64,000 nucleotides of DNA from Candidatus Izemoplasmataceae bacterium (GTDB lineage: Bacteria; Bacillota_I; Bacilli_A; Izemoplasmatales; Izemoplasmataceae). The translations under genes were made by a program, and so were the position numbers. Positions within the stretch are counted from its first letter, which is position 1, and every line of letters begins with the position of its first letter. The stretch lies in assembly GCA_046541015.1 (NCBI GenBank), contig JBKHEA010000004.1:1-64000 (forward strand), written 5' to 3'. This document shows, one piece after another, positions 18,561-28,353 of this stretch. Below the pieces are notes generated by a model. That model did no database searches. It was given only the letters and a program-made list of their open reading frames with translations, and was not told the origin of the DNA.

Positions 18561-19551
18561 TACGGCCTAAACCGAGTTTATGATTAAATTTCATGACTTT
18601 ATTCATGGCTACTTTTTCCGCTTGCTGAGCGCCTTCATCTAATATGTCATCAATTTCACGTGAATGAATAAGGGCTTCATAACGTGCTTTTATGGGTGCA
18701 AGTTCGTTGACTACTATATCGGAAACATCTTTTTTAAATGTCGCATAACTTTCATTTTCATAACGCGCTACGATTGAATCGATACTTTCATGTGTAATCG
18801 CACTATAAATCGTTAGTAAATTACTAATCCCAGCTTTATTTTCTTTATCATAACGAATACTTTGTTCACTATCTGTGACTGCGCTCATAATACGTTTTCT
18901 GATTATCGCGTCATCATCTAAAAGAAGTATTTTTGATTTAGGGTTTTCATCAGACTTGCTCATTTTTTTGGTCGGTTCAGTTAAGCTCATAATGCGTGCC
19001 CCAACTTTAGGAATAAGCGGTTTTGGTACAGTGAAAAACTCTCCAACACGGTTGTTTACTCTTATGGCTAAATCACGTGTAAGTTCTAGATGTTGTTTTT
19101 GATCTTCACCGACTGGGACATATTCAGCGTCATATAATAAAATATCACCAGCCATTAAAACAGGATAGGTAAATAAAGCGCTACTTACCCCTTTTTCTTG
19201 TTTGGCAGCTTTTTCTTTAAACTGAGTCATGCGCTCAAGTTCTCCCATGTAAGTAAAGGTTTGTAATAAATAATTCATTTGAGCATGCGCAGCAACTTCA
19301 GATTGAACAAATAAACTTAAACGCTCTTTTTTTAGCCCGCAAGCAATATAAAGAGCAGCAAGTTCTTTAATCGTCTTTCTAAGCTTTGTGCGTTCTTGTG
19401 GAACCGTAATCGCATGCAAATCCGCAATGAATAAGAAAAAGTGATGATCTTTATAGGTTTCTTGTAAGGTTACAAAGTTTTTAATGCTTCCTAAATAAGT
19501 GCCTAAATTAATCGCTCCAGTTGGCTGAATACCTGATACAATATGATTCAT
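18553..19551 (-). CDS. trpS: Tryptophan--tRNA ligase
   Basis: Class I HIGH-like (…GIQPTGAINLGTYLG…) and KMSKS motifs. Confidence 0.9.
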   Translation of the reverse strand: MNHIVSGIQPTGAINLGTYLGSIKNFVTLQETYKDHHFFLFIADLHAITVPQERTKLRKTIKELAALYIACGLKKERLSLFVQSEVAAHAQMNYLLQTFTYMGELERMTQFKEKAAKQEKGVSSALFTYPVLMAGDILLYDAEYVPVGEDQKQHLELTRDLAIRVNNRVGEFFTVPKPLIPKVGARIMSLTEPTKKMSKSDENPKSKILLLDDDAIIRKRIMSAVTDSEQSIRYDKENKAGISNLLTIYSAITHESIDSIVARYENESYATFKKDVSDIVVNELAPIKARYEALIHSREIDDILDEGAQQAEKVAMNKVMKFNHKLGLGRKK

Positions 19552-19777
19552 AAAAATCCTCCTTAAATAAAAATCGCCCTTAGTTTCCTAAGGGCGAATA
19601 ATCGCGGTACCACCTTGATTTATAACTCATTCTTTAACGCAGAAATACGGACGGTATTAACGCCATTCATAGGTCCAATTTAACAACGTTTATATCTAGA
19701 TTCCACCATTCTAGACTCTCTATAAATAAAGGATTGTTAAATCTCCTAATCAATCATGTTAAGTTTATTATACTAAA
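19552..19777 (-). promoter_or_regulatory. T-box riboswitch leader of trpS (UGG specifier)
   Basis: The minus-strand RNA contains AGAGAG stem I, the specifier-loop context ...AAUUGGACC... (UGG followed by A), the T-box AAUCAAGGUGGUACCGCG, and the terminator CGCCCUUAGG-AAAC-UAAGGGCG + U-run just before the ribosome-binding site AAGGAGG. Confidence 0.8.
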
Positions 19778-21538
19778 TTATTGATTTAAAACAAGTTCTA
19801 ATTCATCAAGTAATGTATTTAATCGGTTAACAACTGCTAAAAATGCGTCTTTATTCGTTAAATCAATACCTGCTTTTTTAACTTGTTCAACGGGGAAGTC
19901 ATTGCCACCAGAACGAAGTAAAGTCATATGTTTTTCAATATTTTTAGGATCTTCTTTAACCAGTTCATAAAGTTTTAAACTTGCAGCAAAACTTGTTGCA
20001 TATTGATAAACATAATATGGAGTATTAAATAGATGGGGAATATAAGCCCATACATACTGTTTTCCAGGTTCTTTAGCAATATCTATATCATAATAATGCT
20101 TATATAAATCAATCATGATTTTTGATAACGCTTCATGAGTGATTGGCGTACCGTTTTCTGCGAGTTTATGGGCTTCAAGTTCATAGCTTGCAAATAAGGT
20201 TTGACGGTAGAAGGTAGCCATAATATCATCAATCGATTGTTGAAGTAACATAATTTTATCTTCTTTAGTTCCTTTATTATTTTTGATGAAATAATCAAGT
20301 AAGATATGTTCATTAAAGGTTGAAGCAATTTCAGCTACAAAAATGGTATAACTTTGGGTTGCAACTGGTTGTGCTTCATGGGAGAAAAGGGAATGCATCG
20401 AATGGCCTGCTTCATGGGCTAATGTAAAAACACTATTTAACGTATCATCATAATTTAATAAGATAAAAGGATGTTCATTAAGCGCACTCCATGAATAAGC
20501 CCCTGTATTTTTACCTTCTTGTTCATAAACATCAATGTAGCCTTCTTTTAATGCATCCTTTGCTTTTTCAATGAAGGCTTCATCTAAATGAGCAATTGCA
20601 TCTAAAAATAAGGATTGAGCTTCTTTATAAGTATATTTACTTTTACTTTGTGCTAAAGGCATAAAACGATCAAATGTGCGATGGGTGGTTAAGTTTAATG
20701 CTTTTTTTCTTATATCATAATAACGTTTTAATAAATTGGTATTTTCTTTTGCGACATCTACTAAATTATGATAGACAATAGGGTCAATATTGTTATTAAA
20801 TAAATAAGATGATAAGGTAGAATCATAGTTTCTTGACTTCATACGTGCAATATCTGCTTGTAAGACGGTATTGTAGATTTGAGCGTAGGTATGTTTATGG
20901 GTTTCATAATGAGAAAATAGCGCTTCAAATACCTTTTCTCTATCTAAAGGGTCTTCTAAATCAGCAAGATAACTGCGGTAGTTACCACTTGTGACTTTTA
21001 TGGTTTCACCATTAGTTAAAGTGACTTCTTTGCTCGTGTTATCAGCGATAGCTAAAGCGTTATAAAGTTGAGCACCTTGGCCAGATAACTGTCTATAATT
21101 AGCCATTAATGCTTCGCTGGTTTCATCTAAAATATAAGCTTGTTGATGGAACAACTTTTCAAGAGGAAAACGATATTCTTTGAGTAAGTCGTCTTTTTCT
21201 AAAAAACTGAATATGGTTTCTTTTCCAATGCTTAATAGCTCTGGGCTTTCCCAAGCTGTTGCTTTGCCTAGTTCATTTAACATAAAAGCAACTTTTTGAA
21301 CACGCGCTGCATTGTCTACAATTTTTCGGTTCAAGTCACTTTTTAAGGCTGCATATTGATATAACTTATGTGCTTTGATAGCAACTTCTTTTTGAAGCGC
21401 ATAATACGCTTTAAACGTTTCAAAATCATTTAATTTACCTTTATAAGTTGGTAAGGTTTTAATAATCTCAGCTAAACGTTTAAAATCTTCTTCCCAAGCT
21501 TCAAGCGTTTCGTATAAATATTCTAATTTCCACTTCAT
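19778..21538 (-). CDS. pepF: Oligoendopeptidase F (M3B)
   Basis: HEAGH zinc motif; length 586 aa. Confidence 0.85.
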   Translation of the reverse strand: MKWKLEYLYETLEAWEEDFKRLAEIIKTLPTYKGKLNDFETFKAYYALQKEVAIKAHKLYQYAALKSDLNRKIVDNAARVQKVAFMLNELGKATAWESPELLSIGKETIFSFLEKDDLLKEYRFPLEKLFHQQAYILDETSEALMANYRQLSGQGAQLYNALAIADNTSKEVTLTNGETIKVTSGNYRSYLADLEDPLDREKVFEALFSHYETHKHTYAQIYNTVLQADIARMKSRNYDSTLSSYLFNNNIDPIVYHNLVDVAKENTNLLKRYYDIRKKALNLTTHRTFDRFMPLAQSKSKYTYKEAQSLFLDAIAHLDEAFIEKAKDALKEGYIDVYEQEGKNTGAYSWSALNEHPFILLNYDDTLNSVFTLAHEAGHSMHSLFSHEAQPVATQSYTIFVAEIASTFNEHILLDYFIKNNKGTKEDKIMLLQQSIDDIMATFYRQTLFASYELEAHKLAENGTPITHEALSKIMIDLYKHYYDIDIAKEPGKQYVWAYIPHLFNTPYYVYQYATSFAASLKLYELVKEDPKNIEKHMTLLRSGGNDFPVEQVKKAGIDLTNKDAFLAVVNRLNTLLDELELVLNQ

Positions 21539-21720
21539 TTATTAGCCTCCATTTGTTATAATTAATTACTCTTTAGTATTATACCACAGGAGAAAAAATT
21601 AGTCACAATTGGATGCAAGCATTTTCATAAAGATTTTTTTGAAAAAATTATAAATTATGTTATAATAAACTTGAACCAGAAATTTGGTAAGTCACTTACA
21701 AAAGTAAAGGAGGTACACCG

Positions 21721-22185
21721 ATGATTCAAATGTATACTACCCCAAGTTGTTCATCATGCCGAAAAGCTAAAAAGTGGTTTGAAGAACATCGTATCGAATA
21801 CCGTGAAAAAAACATTTTTAATATCAAACTCACACGTGAAGACATCATGTTAATGCTAAGAAATACAGAGAATGGTTTTGAAGACATTATCTCTACACGC
21901 TCAAAAGTATTCCAAGATCAAAATCTTGATATTGATGATATGTCTATGAAAGAACTCACAGACTTTATCATCGAAAATCCAAGTGTTTTAAGACGTCCTA
22001 TCATCATCGAAGATAACAAAATGCAAGTTGGTTATAATGAAGATGAAATCCGTACGTTTATTCCAAAACGTTTACGTGAAATCATTATGTGTACAACATG
22101 CGATAAAGGTGAAGATTGCGATTATGTAAATGCTTTAGAACTTTATTTTAAAGAACTAAAAGAAAAAGAGTTGAATCATTCATAA
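21721..22185 (+). CDS. spx: Spx/ArsC-family redox regulator with a ~25-aa Cys-rich C-terminal extension
   Basis: N-terminal CSSC (CxxC) and the RPIIIEDNKMQVGYNEDEIRTF core closely match Bacillus Spx. Extra tail ...MCTTCDKGEDCDYV... Confidence 0.8.
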   Translation: MIQMYTTPSCSSCRKAKKWFEEHRIEYREKNIFNIKLTREDIMLMLRNTENGFEDIISTRSKVFQDQNLDIDDMSMKELTDFIIENPSVLRRPIIIEDNKMQVGYNEDEIRTFIPKRLREIIMCTTCDKGEDCDYVNALELYFKELKEKELNHS

Positions 22186-22208
22186 AACGCCGTGAGGCGT
22201 TTTTTTTA
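22184..22208 (+). terminator. Terminator after spx (aaacgcc-gtga-ggcgttt + T8)
   Basis: Read directly. Confidence 0.6.
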
Positions 22209-22258
22209 TATCACTTTTTCTAAGTTTTTGATATACTGTTTGTGAGGAGGCTTATGTT

Positions 22259-23131
22259 ATGAACAAACTTACTGATACACAACTTAAAGAAGTAAAAACC
22301 ATGCAAAAAAATGAAATCACTGAGTATTATATTTATAAGAATATTGCTAAACGAATTAAAGATGAAAAGAACAAAGCAATTATCTTAGATATTGCTAGTG
22401 AAGAAAAACGTCACGCAGAGATTTGGGAAAAATATACAGGGATTTCAATGAAACCTAAAGCCTTTAAAATTTTTCTTTATAAAATTTTAAATCTTATTTT
22501 TGGTTTCACCTTTGTTATAAGACTCATGGAACGTGGTGAAGAAGTTGCCCAAGAAACCTATTTGGATTTAGGAAAAGTTATTCCTGAAGCCTTAGAAATT
22601 AAAGAAGAAGAAGACGAACATGAAGACGAACTCATTGAAGCTTTAAATGAAGAACGTTTAAGTTATATTCGTGCGGTAGTTTTAGGGTTAAATGATGCCC
22701 TTGTAGAATTAACTGGTGCTTTAGCGGGGTTAAGCTTTGCGATTAGTGATAATAAGATCATCACTTTAACTGGGCTTATTACAGGAATTGCTGCATCGCT
22801 TTCTATGGCCGCAAGCGAATATTTATCGAGTAAAGCTGAAGGAAATGATAAAGCCTTTAAGTCAAGCCTTTATACAGGCTCAGCTTATGTTATTGTTGTC
22901 GCGATTTTAATCATGCCTTATATCTTATTAACCAACCCATTTGTATCGCTTGCGATTATGATTAGTAGTGCGATGCTCATTATTTTTATTTTCAATTATT
23001 ATATGAGTGTTGCCTTAAATTTATCGTTTAAAAAACGCTTTTTACAAATGGCATCAATCAGTTTAGGGGTTGCAGGCTTTTCATTTTTAATTGGGATGAT
23101 TTTAAGATTCACATTAGGCGTTGATATTTAA
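22259..23131 (+). CDS. Ferritin-like/rubrerythrin-like domain fused to a VIT1/CCC1 iron transporter membrane domain
   Basis: N-terminal ...EEKRHAEIWEKY... and ...EEDEHEDELIEAL... di-iron-like helices; C-terminal TM region with GLNDALVELTGALAG typical of the VIT family. Confidence 0.7.
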   Translation: MNKLTDTQLKEVKTMQKNEITEYYIYKNIAKRIKDEKNKAIILDIASEEKRHAEIWEKYTGISMKPKAFKIFLYKILNLIFGFTFVIRLMERGEEVAQETYLDLGKVIPEALEIKEEEDEHEDELIEALNEERLSYIRAVVLGLNDALVELTGALAGLSFAISDNKIITLTGLITGIAASLSMAASEYLSSKAEGNDKAFKSSLYTGSAYVIVVAILIMPYILLTNPFVSLAIMISSAMLIIFIFNYYMSVALNLSFKKRFLQMASISLGVAGFSFLIGMILRFTLGVDI

Positions 23132-23226
23132 TTGAAAACGTTTTTAAACAAGGGTTAAGAGTTGTAATTTAGCCCAATATTGTCTATAATGAACATGTAT
23201 GAAATATATTTTATAGGAGGATTACA

Positions 23227-24234
23227 ATGGCAGTTAAAGTAGCAATCAATGGGTTTGGTCGTATCGGGCGTTTAGCATTCCGCTTAATGAACGAAAGCAG
23301 CGATTTTGAAATTGTTGCATTAAACGATTTGACCGATGCAGAAAGTTTAGCATATTTGTTAAAGTATGATACTGCACAAGGTCGTTATAAAAACGACGAG
23401 ATTTCTTTTAAAGGCAACTCTATTATCGTAGACGGAAAAGAAGTCAAAGTTTATTCAGAAAAAGATCCAGAAAATTTACCATGGAAAGATTTAGGTGTCG
23501 ATGTTGTTTTAGAATGTACAGGATTCTTTACTAGTAAAGCATCGGCTGGAAAACATTTAAATGCAGGCGCTAAAAAAGTCGTCATTAGTGCACCAGCTAA
23601 AGGTGATTTAAAAACGATTGTGTTTAATGTAAACCATGAAGAGTTAGATGGTTCAGAAGATATTATCTCTGGCGCATCATGTACAACAAACTGTTTAGCA
23701 CCAGTCGTTAAAGCTTTAGATGACGCATTTGGTGTTGAACGTGGATTCATGACTACTGTTCATGCATACACAAATGATCAAAATACATTAGATGGACCGC
23801 ATTCTAAAGGAATCCATGCACGCCGTGCACGTGCTGCAGCTGAAAATATTGTTCCTACTACTACGGGTGCTGCTGTAGCTGTTGGTCTTGTTTTACCACA
23901 CTTACAAGGAAAACTAGATGGTATGGCATTACGTGTGCCTACTGTAACAGGTTCTGCGGTTGATTTAGTCGTTGAACTTAAGAAAAATGTAACTGTTGAA
24001 GATGTTAATGCAGCGATTAAAGCTGCAGCGAATGAAACTTTAGGGTATACTGAAGACCCAATCGTTTCAAGCGATACTATCGGTATGAGCTATGGATCAC
24101 TCTTTGATGCGCAATCGACTTCAATTTTAGAAACTGACGGAAAACAACTTGTTAAAGTGCTTGCATGGTACGATAACGAAATGAGCTATGTATCTCAAAT
24201 GGTCCGTAGCGTTAAATATTTAGCATCTAAATAA
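23227..24234 (+). CDS. gap: Glyceraldehyde-3-phosphate dehydrogenase, type I
   Basis: [12 protein letters not shown] motif and the [10 protein letters not shown] active site. Confidence 0.95.
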   Translation: MAVKVAINGFGRIGRLAFRLMNESSDFEIVALNDLTDAESLAYLLKYDTAQGRYKNDEISFKGNSIIVDGKEVKVYSEKDPENLPWKDLGVDVVLECTGFFTSKASAGKHLNAGAKKVVISAPAKGDLKTIVFNVNHEELDGSEDIISGASCTTNCLAPVVKALDDAFGVERGFMTTVHAYTNDQNTLDGPHSKGIHARRARAAAENIVPTTTGAAVAVGLVLPHLQGKLDGMALRVPTVTGSAVDLVVELKKNVTVEDVNAAIKAAANETLGYTEDPIVSSDTIGMSYGSLFDAQSTSILETDGKQLVKVLAWYDNEMSYVSQMVRSVKYLASK

Positions 24235-24238
24235 TTCA

Positions 24239-24267
24239 AAAAGAGTCCTCGGACTCTTTTTTTTTGC
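24239..24267 (+). terminator. Terminator after gap (agagtcc-tcg-ggactct + T9)
   Basis: Read directly. Confidence 0.65.
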
Positions 24268-24312
24268 ATCATTTACCCAAGATTGTGATATAATGCTTTT
24301 GAGGTGATACAT

Positions 24313-25569
24313 ATGAAAACACATGTAAAACAAGCTAGAAAGCGTTTATTTGAAAGAATGGAACCTTTAAGTGTTGCGGTTTTATTTAGTGGTAAAGCAC
24401 CCCATAAAACCACCGACCAAAGTTATCATTATACCCCACAAAGAAACTTCTTTTACCTAACTAATATTAACGAACCTAATATGATTTTACTTTTAAATAA
24501 AGGAGAAGATAACGAAAAATGTTATCTCTTTATCGAAGAAAGTACCGATCATGTGATTAAATGGGAAGGTGCGCGCATGAGTAAAGAAGAAGCGAGTGCG
24601 TTAAGTGGGATTCCTGTTGAAAATATTTTTTATCTTGATAGTTTCATGTCTACGATTAATCAAATCATGAACTACGCAAGAAGCCCTTTTGGGGCACCTC
24701 CAAAAACGTTATACTTAGACTTATATCACGTTAAACCTGAAATTACACCAGTAGCTTTAGATTATGCTAAAGATATTATCCATAATTATAAAGAATTAAG
24801 CCTTAAAAACATTAACGAACATTTAGCTTACTTAAGAATGTTTAAAACCGAAGAAGAACTGACAGAAATTAAAAAAGCTATCAGCCACACTGAAAAAGGA
24901 TTAAATACTATTCTTAAGAATATAAAATCTAGAGACTTTGAATACCAATTATATGCTGATTTTATGCATGCGATTACCTTTGATGGCAGTGAAGGACCAG
25001 CCTTTAATACCATTGCCGCAAGTGGAAAAAACGCAACCATCTTACATTATGAAAAAAATAATAGCGCGCTTAATCATGGCGAATTAATACTTTTTGATTT
25101 AGGCGCATTACACAATAATTATGCGAGTGATATTTCAAGAACCTTTCCAATTAACGGTGTCTTTACCGCACGTCAAAAAGAACTATATAATATCGTATTA
25201 AATGCCAATAAAGAAACCATAAAATTTGTCAAACCAGGGATTACTTGGAAAGAACTCAATGATTACGCAAAAAATTTACTAATTGAATCATGTAAAGCGA
25301 TTGGCTTAATCAAAGATGACAGTGAAATTTCAGAACTTTATTATCATAGTATTGGTCACTTTATGGGCCTTGACGTTCATGATGTTGGGTATTATCATAT
25401 TCCGCTTGAAGAAGGCATGGTGATTACCATTGAACCAGGGCTATATGTAAAAGAAGAAGGCATAGGGATTCGTATTGAAGATGATATTTTAGTTACTAAG
25501 GATGGTGCGATTAATTTAAGTAGTGCCATCATTAAGGAAATCGACGATATTGAAAAAGCTATTAAATAG
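24313..25569 (+). CDS. pepP: Xaa-Pro aminopeptidase (M24B)
   Basis: HSIGHFMGLDVHD and the EPG...IEDD metal ligands. ATG 24313 was preferred because the track's GTG at 24304 lies inside the GAGGTGA ribosome-binding site. Confidence 0.8.
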   Translation: MKTHVKQARKRLFERMEPLSVAVLFSGKAPHKTTDQSYHYTPQRNFFYLTNINEPNMILLLNKGEDNEKCYLFIEESTDHVIKWEGARMSKEEASALSGIPVENIFYLDSFMSTINQIMNYARSPFGAPPKTLYLDLYHVKPEITPVALDYAKDIIHNYKELSLKNINEHLAYLRMFKTEEELTEIKKAISHTEKGLNTILKNIKSRDFEYQLYADFMHAITFDGSEGPAFNTIAASGKNATILHYEKNNSALNHGELILFDLGALHNNYASDISRTFPINGVFTARQKELYNIVLNANKETIKFVKPGITWKELNDYAKNLLIESCKAIGLIKDDSEISELYYHSIGHFMGLDVHDVGYYHIPLEEGMVITIEPGLYVKEEGIGIRIEDDILVTKDGAINLSSAIIKEIDDIEKAIK

Positions 25570-25600
25570 AGGAAGATTGAATTAATCTTCCTCTTTTTTT
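25568..25600. terminator. Bidirectional terminator between pepP and the P-type ATPase gene
   Basis: gaggaagatt-gaattaa-tcttcctc + T-run. Confidence 0.6.
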
Positions 25601-28232
25601 ATAGTTTGCGTTTAAGAATTTTTCCAAGTTCACCGCCAATAAAGGGCACAAAGCCTAAACTAAAGGCGATGATAAATTCAAGCGGTTTAATCCCAATATT
25701 AGTCTTAAATACATCATTAATACCAGGAACAAAAATCACCACAAACAGTAATACAAAGCCTAAAATTAAAGCATAATTTAATGTTTTATTGCTGAAAGGA
25801 TTTATTTGCCAAATATGTTTAAACTCATTCTTAGAACTAAGAGCTCTTAAAAGTTCCCCTGTAATTATAGTGATAAAGGCAAAAGTAGTCCCACTATTAG
25901 CATGGACGTTTAACTGTCGACCAATAATAAAGGATAAAAGGACTGCAGCAGTTAAAAATAATGCTTGATTTGCGATCGCAATACCCATGGTTTTATCTAC
26001 AATCGGCGCATCTTTATCAATGGGTTTATCATCCATAACATCATCTTCTTTAGGTTCTAATCCAAGCGCAAAGGCAGGGAAAGCGTCCGTTACAAGATTT
26101 ACCCATAAAATTTGAATCGCTAGTAATGGGCTGCCTAAACCAATTAACATCGCAATGAAAATGACTAAGATTTCACCAACATTACAGCTGATTAAATACC
26201 CAACAAATTTTCTAATATTGCCATAGATTATCCGACCTTCTTCTACAGCATGAACGATGGTTGTAAAATTATCATCCATTAAGATCATATCACTTGCTTC
26301 TTTACTAACATCAGTTCCTGTAATCCCCATCGCAACCCCAATATTTGCTTGTTTTAAAGCAGGCGCATCATTTACCCCATCACCAGTCATCGAGGCGATT
26401 TCACCACTTTCTTGAAGGGCTTTAACGATGCGTACTTTATGAGAAGGGCTTACGCGCGCGAAAATATTGATAGTAGGAATTTTTTCTTTAAAGGCTTCAT
26501 CACTTAATAAATCAATTTCTTCACCACTTAAGGCTTGATGGTCTTTATCAATGATTCCAAGTTCTTTACCGATTGCAACGGCAGTAAGGATGTGATCTCC
26601 TGTAATCATGACGGTTCTTATATGAGCTTTTTTACAGACCCTAATGGCTGCTTTAACTTCTTCTTTAGGAGGGTCTATCATGCCCACTAAACCACTAAAG
26701 ATTAAATCACTTTCTTCATCTTTAAGTTGATTATAATTGCCGACTTCTTTATAAGCAAACGCAAGGACGCGCATCGCTTTTTTTGCTAAACCTTCGTTCG
26801 CTGTATGTATCGTTTTTATATGTTTTTCTGTGATTTTAATGATCTCACCATCTGCAGTTAGGTAATGTGTTGTGCGCTTTAAGATACTGTCTAAAGCGCC
26901 TTTCACATAAAGCATTGATTTAGCCTTATTTTTATGTAAAGTAGACATCATTTTACGGTCACTATCAAAAGGGACTTCATCAATACGCGGATATAACTGG
27001 TTCATTTTTTCTTTTAGTTTATTGGTCTTAGCGGCTAAAGCAATAAGTGCTAACTCAGTTGGATCACCAATCAAATCCTCTTGATGGATGGTTGCATCAT
27101 TGCATAAAGCACTAATTGACGTAATCATATCGGTCACAGCATTTTCTTTACTTAAGGCCCCATCAAACCCATATCCAGCCCCACTTACTTCAACAAAATG
27201 ATTATTATCAAATAATCTTGTGACAACCATTTTATTTTCCGTTAAAGTCCCAGTTTTATCACTACATATGACTGTTGTAGACCCAAGTGTTTCAACCGCA
27301 CTAAGATGTTTTACAATCGCATTTTGTTTAGCCATGCGCTTCATACCAACCGCTAAAACTACCGTGATAACTGCAGGGAGTCCTTCAGGAATTGCCGCTA
27401 CAGCTAAAGAGACACTGACTAAGAATAATTCAAGCAAATTGTAATTATAAAATAGTCCTACTATAAATATGATGGCCACAACAATAATACTAAATAACCC
27501 TAAAAGCTTTCCTAAGTCATCAATTCTTTTTTGAAGTGGTGTCATTTCATCTTCAATCGCACTGAGTAATCCAGCAATTTTACCCATTTCAGTTTGCATA
27601 CCCGTTGCATAAATTATACCTTTACCACGGCCATACGTTACAATCGTTGACATAAAACAGCTATTGATACGGTCACCTAAACTAGTGTTTTTGGGTAACG
27701 TAACGTTAAAATCTTTTTCAACCGGTACACTTTCACCCGTTAAAATCGATTCATCAACTTTTAAATTATAACTTTCAAACAATCTTAAATCTGCAGGAAT
27801 ATAATCACCTGCTTCAATATGGACAATATCACCAACAACCACCTCGCTTGCATTAATGGTTGTAACCTTGCCATCGCGTACAACTTTAGCTTTAGGAGCA
27901 CTTATTTTTTTAAGCGCCATCACGGCATTAGAAGCTTTTCTTTCTTGATAAACACTTAAAAATACATTTAAAATAACAATGGCTAAAATAAATAGCCCAT
28001 CCGTAAGATGGCCGCTAGCTAAGATACTTATGATGCTTGCGGCTATAAGCAATAAATTTAAAAACCGTGTAAACTCTTTAAATATCATACGCCATAAGGG
28101 CGTTCTTTTTTCTTCAATGAATTCATTTTTCCCATACGTTTCTTGATTGCTTGTTACTTGTGATGCGTTTAATCCCTTTTTTAAATCACTATCAAACTTT
28201 TTAACCATTGATTCAATGTGTTCATTATGCAT
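25599..28232 (-). CDS. Cation-transporting P-type ATPase (P2/Ca2+-type)
   Basis: CSDKTGTLT phosphorylation site, MITGDH, and the GDGVNDAPALK hinge; 877 aa with 10 TM helices. Confidence 0.85.
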   Translation of the reverse strand: MHNEHIESMVKKFDSDLKKGLNASQVTSNQETYGKNEFIEEKRTPLWRMIFKEFTRFLNLLLIAASIISILASGHLTDGLFILAIVILNVFLSVYQERKASNAVMALKKISAPKAKVVRDGKVTTINASEVVVGDIVHIEAGDYIPADLRLFESYNLKVDESILTGESVPVEKDFNVTLPKNTSLGDRINSCFMSTIVTYGRGKGIIYATGMQTEMGKIAGLLSAIEDEMTPLQKRIDDLGKLLGLFSIIVVAIIFIVGLFYNYNLLELFLVSVSLAVAAIPEGLPAVITVVLAVGMKRMAKQNAIVKHLSAVETLGSTTVICSDKTGTLTENKMVVTRLFDNNHFVEVSGAGYGFDGALSKENAVTDMITSISALCNDATIHQEDLIGDPTELALIALAAKTNKLKEKMNQLYPRIDEVPFDSDRKMMSTLHKNKAKSMLYVKGALDSILKRTTHYLTADGEIIKITEKHIKTIHTANEGLAKKAMRVLAFAYKEVGNYNQLKDEESDLIFSGLVGMIDPPKEEVKAAIRVCKKAHIRTVMITGDHILTAVAIGKELGIIDKDHQALSGEEIDLLSDEAFKEKIPTINIFARVSPSHKVRIVKALQESGEIASMTGDGVNDAPALKQANIGVAMGITGTDVSKEASDMILMDDNFTTIVHAVEEGRIIYGNIRKFVGYLISCNVGEILVIFIAMLIGLGSPLLAIQILWVNLVTDAFPAFALGLEPKEDDVMDDKPIDKDAPIVDKTMGIAIANQALFLTAAVLLSFIIGRQLNVHANSGTTFAFITIITGELLRALSSKNEFKHIWQINPFSNKTLNYALILGFVLLFVVIFVPGINDVFKTNIGIKPLEFIIAFSLGFVPFIGGELGKILKRKL

Positions 28233-28353
28233 AGTATGCCCTCTTTCTACATCGGTTAGTTTTATTTTACCATCAAATCATGTTTTTCAATCTAAATCCT
28301 AGTAAAATCACAAGATTTTGCGTATAATAAACATGACAATTTAGAGGTGAAAT

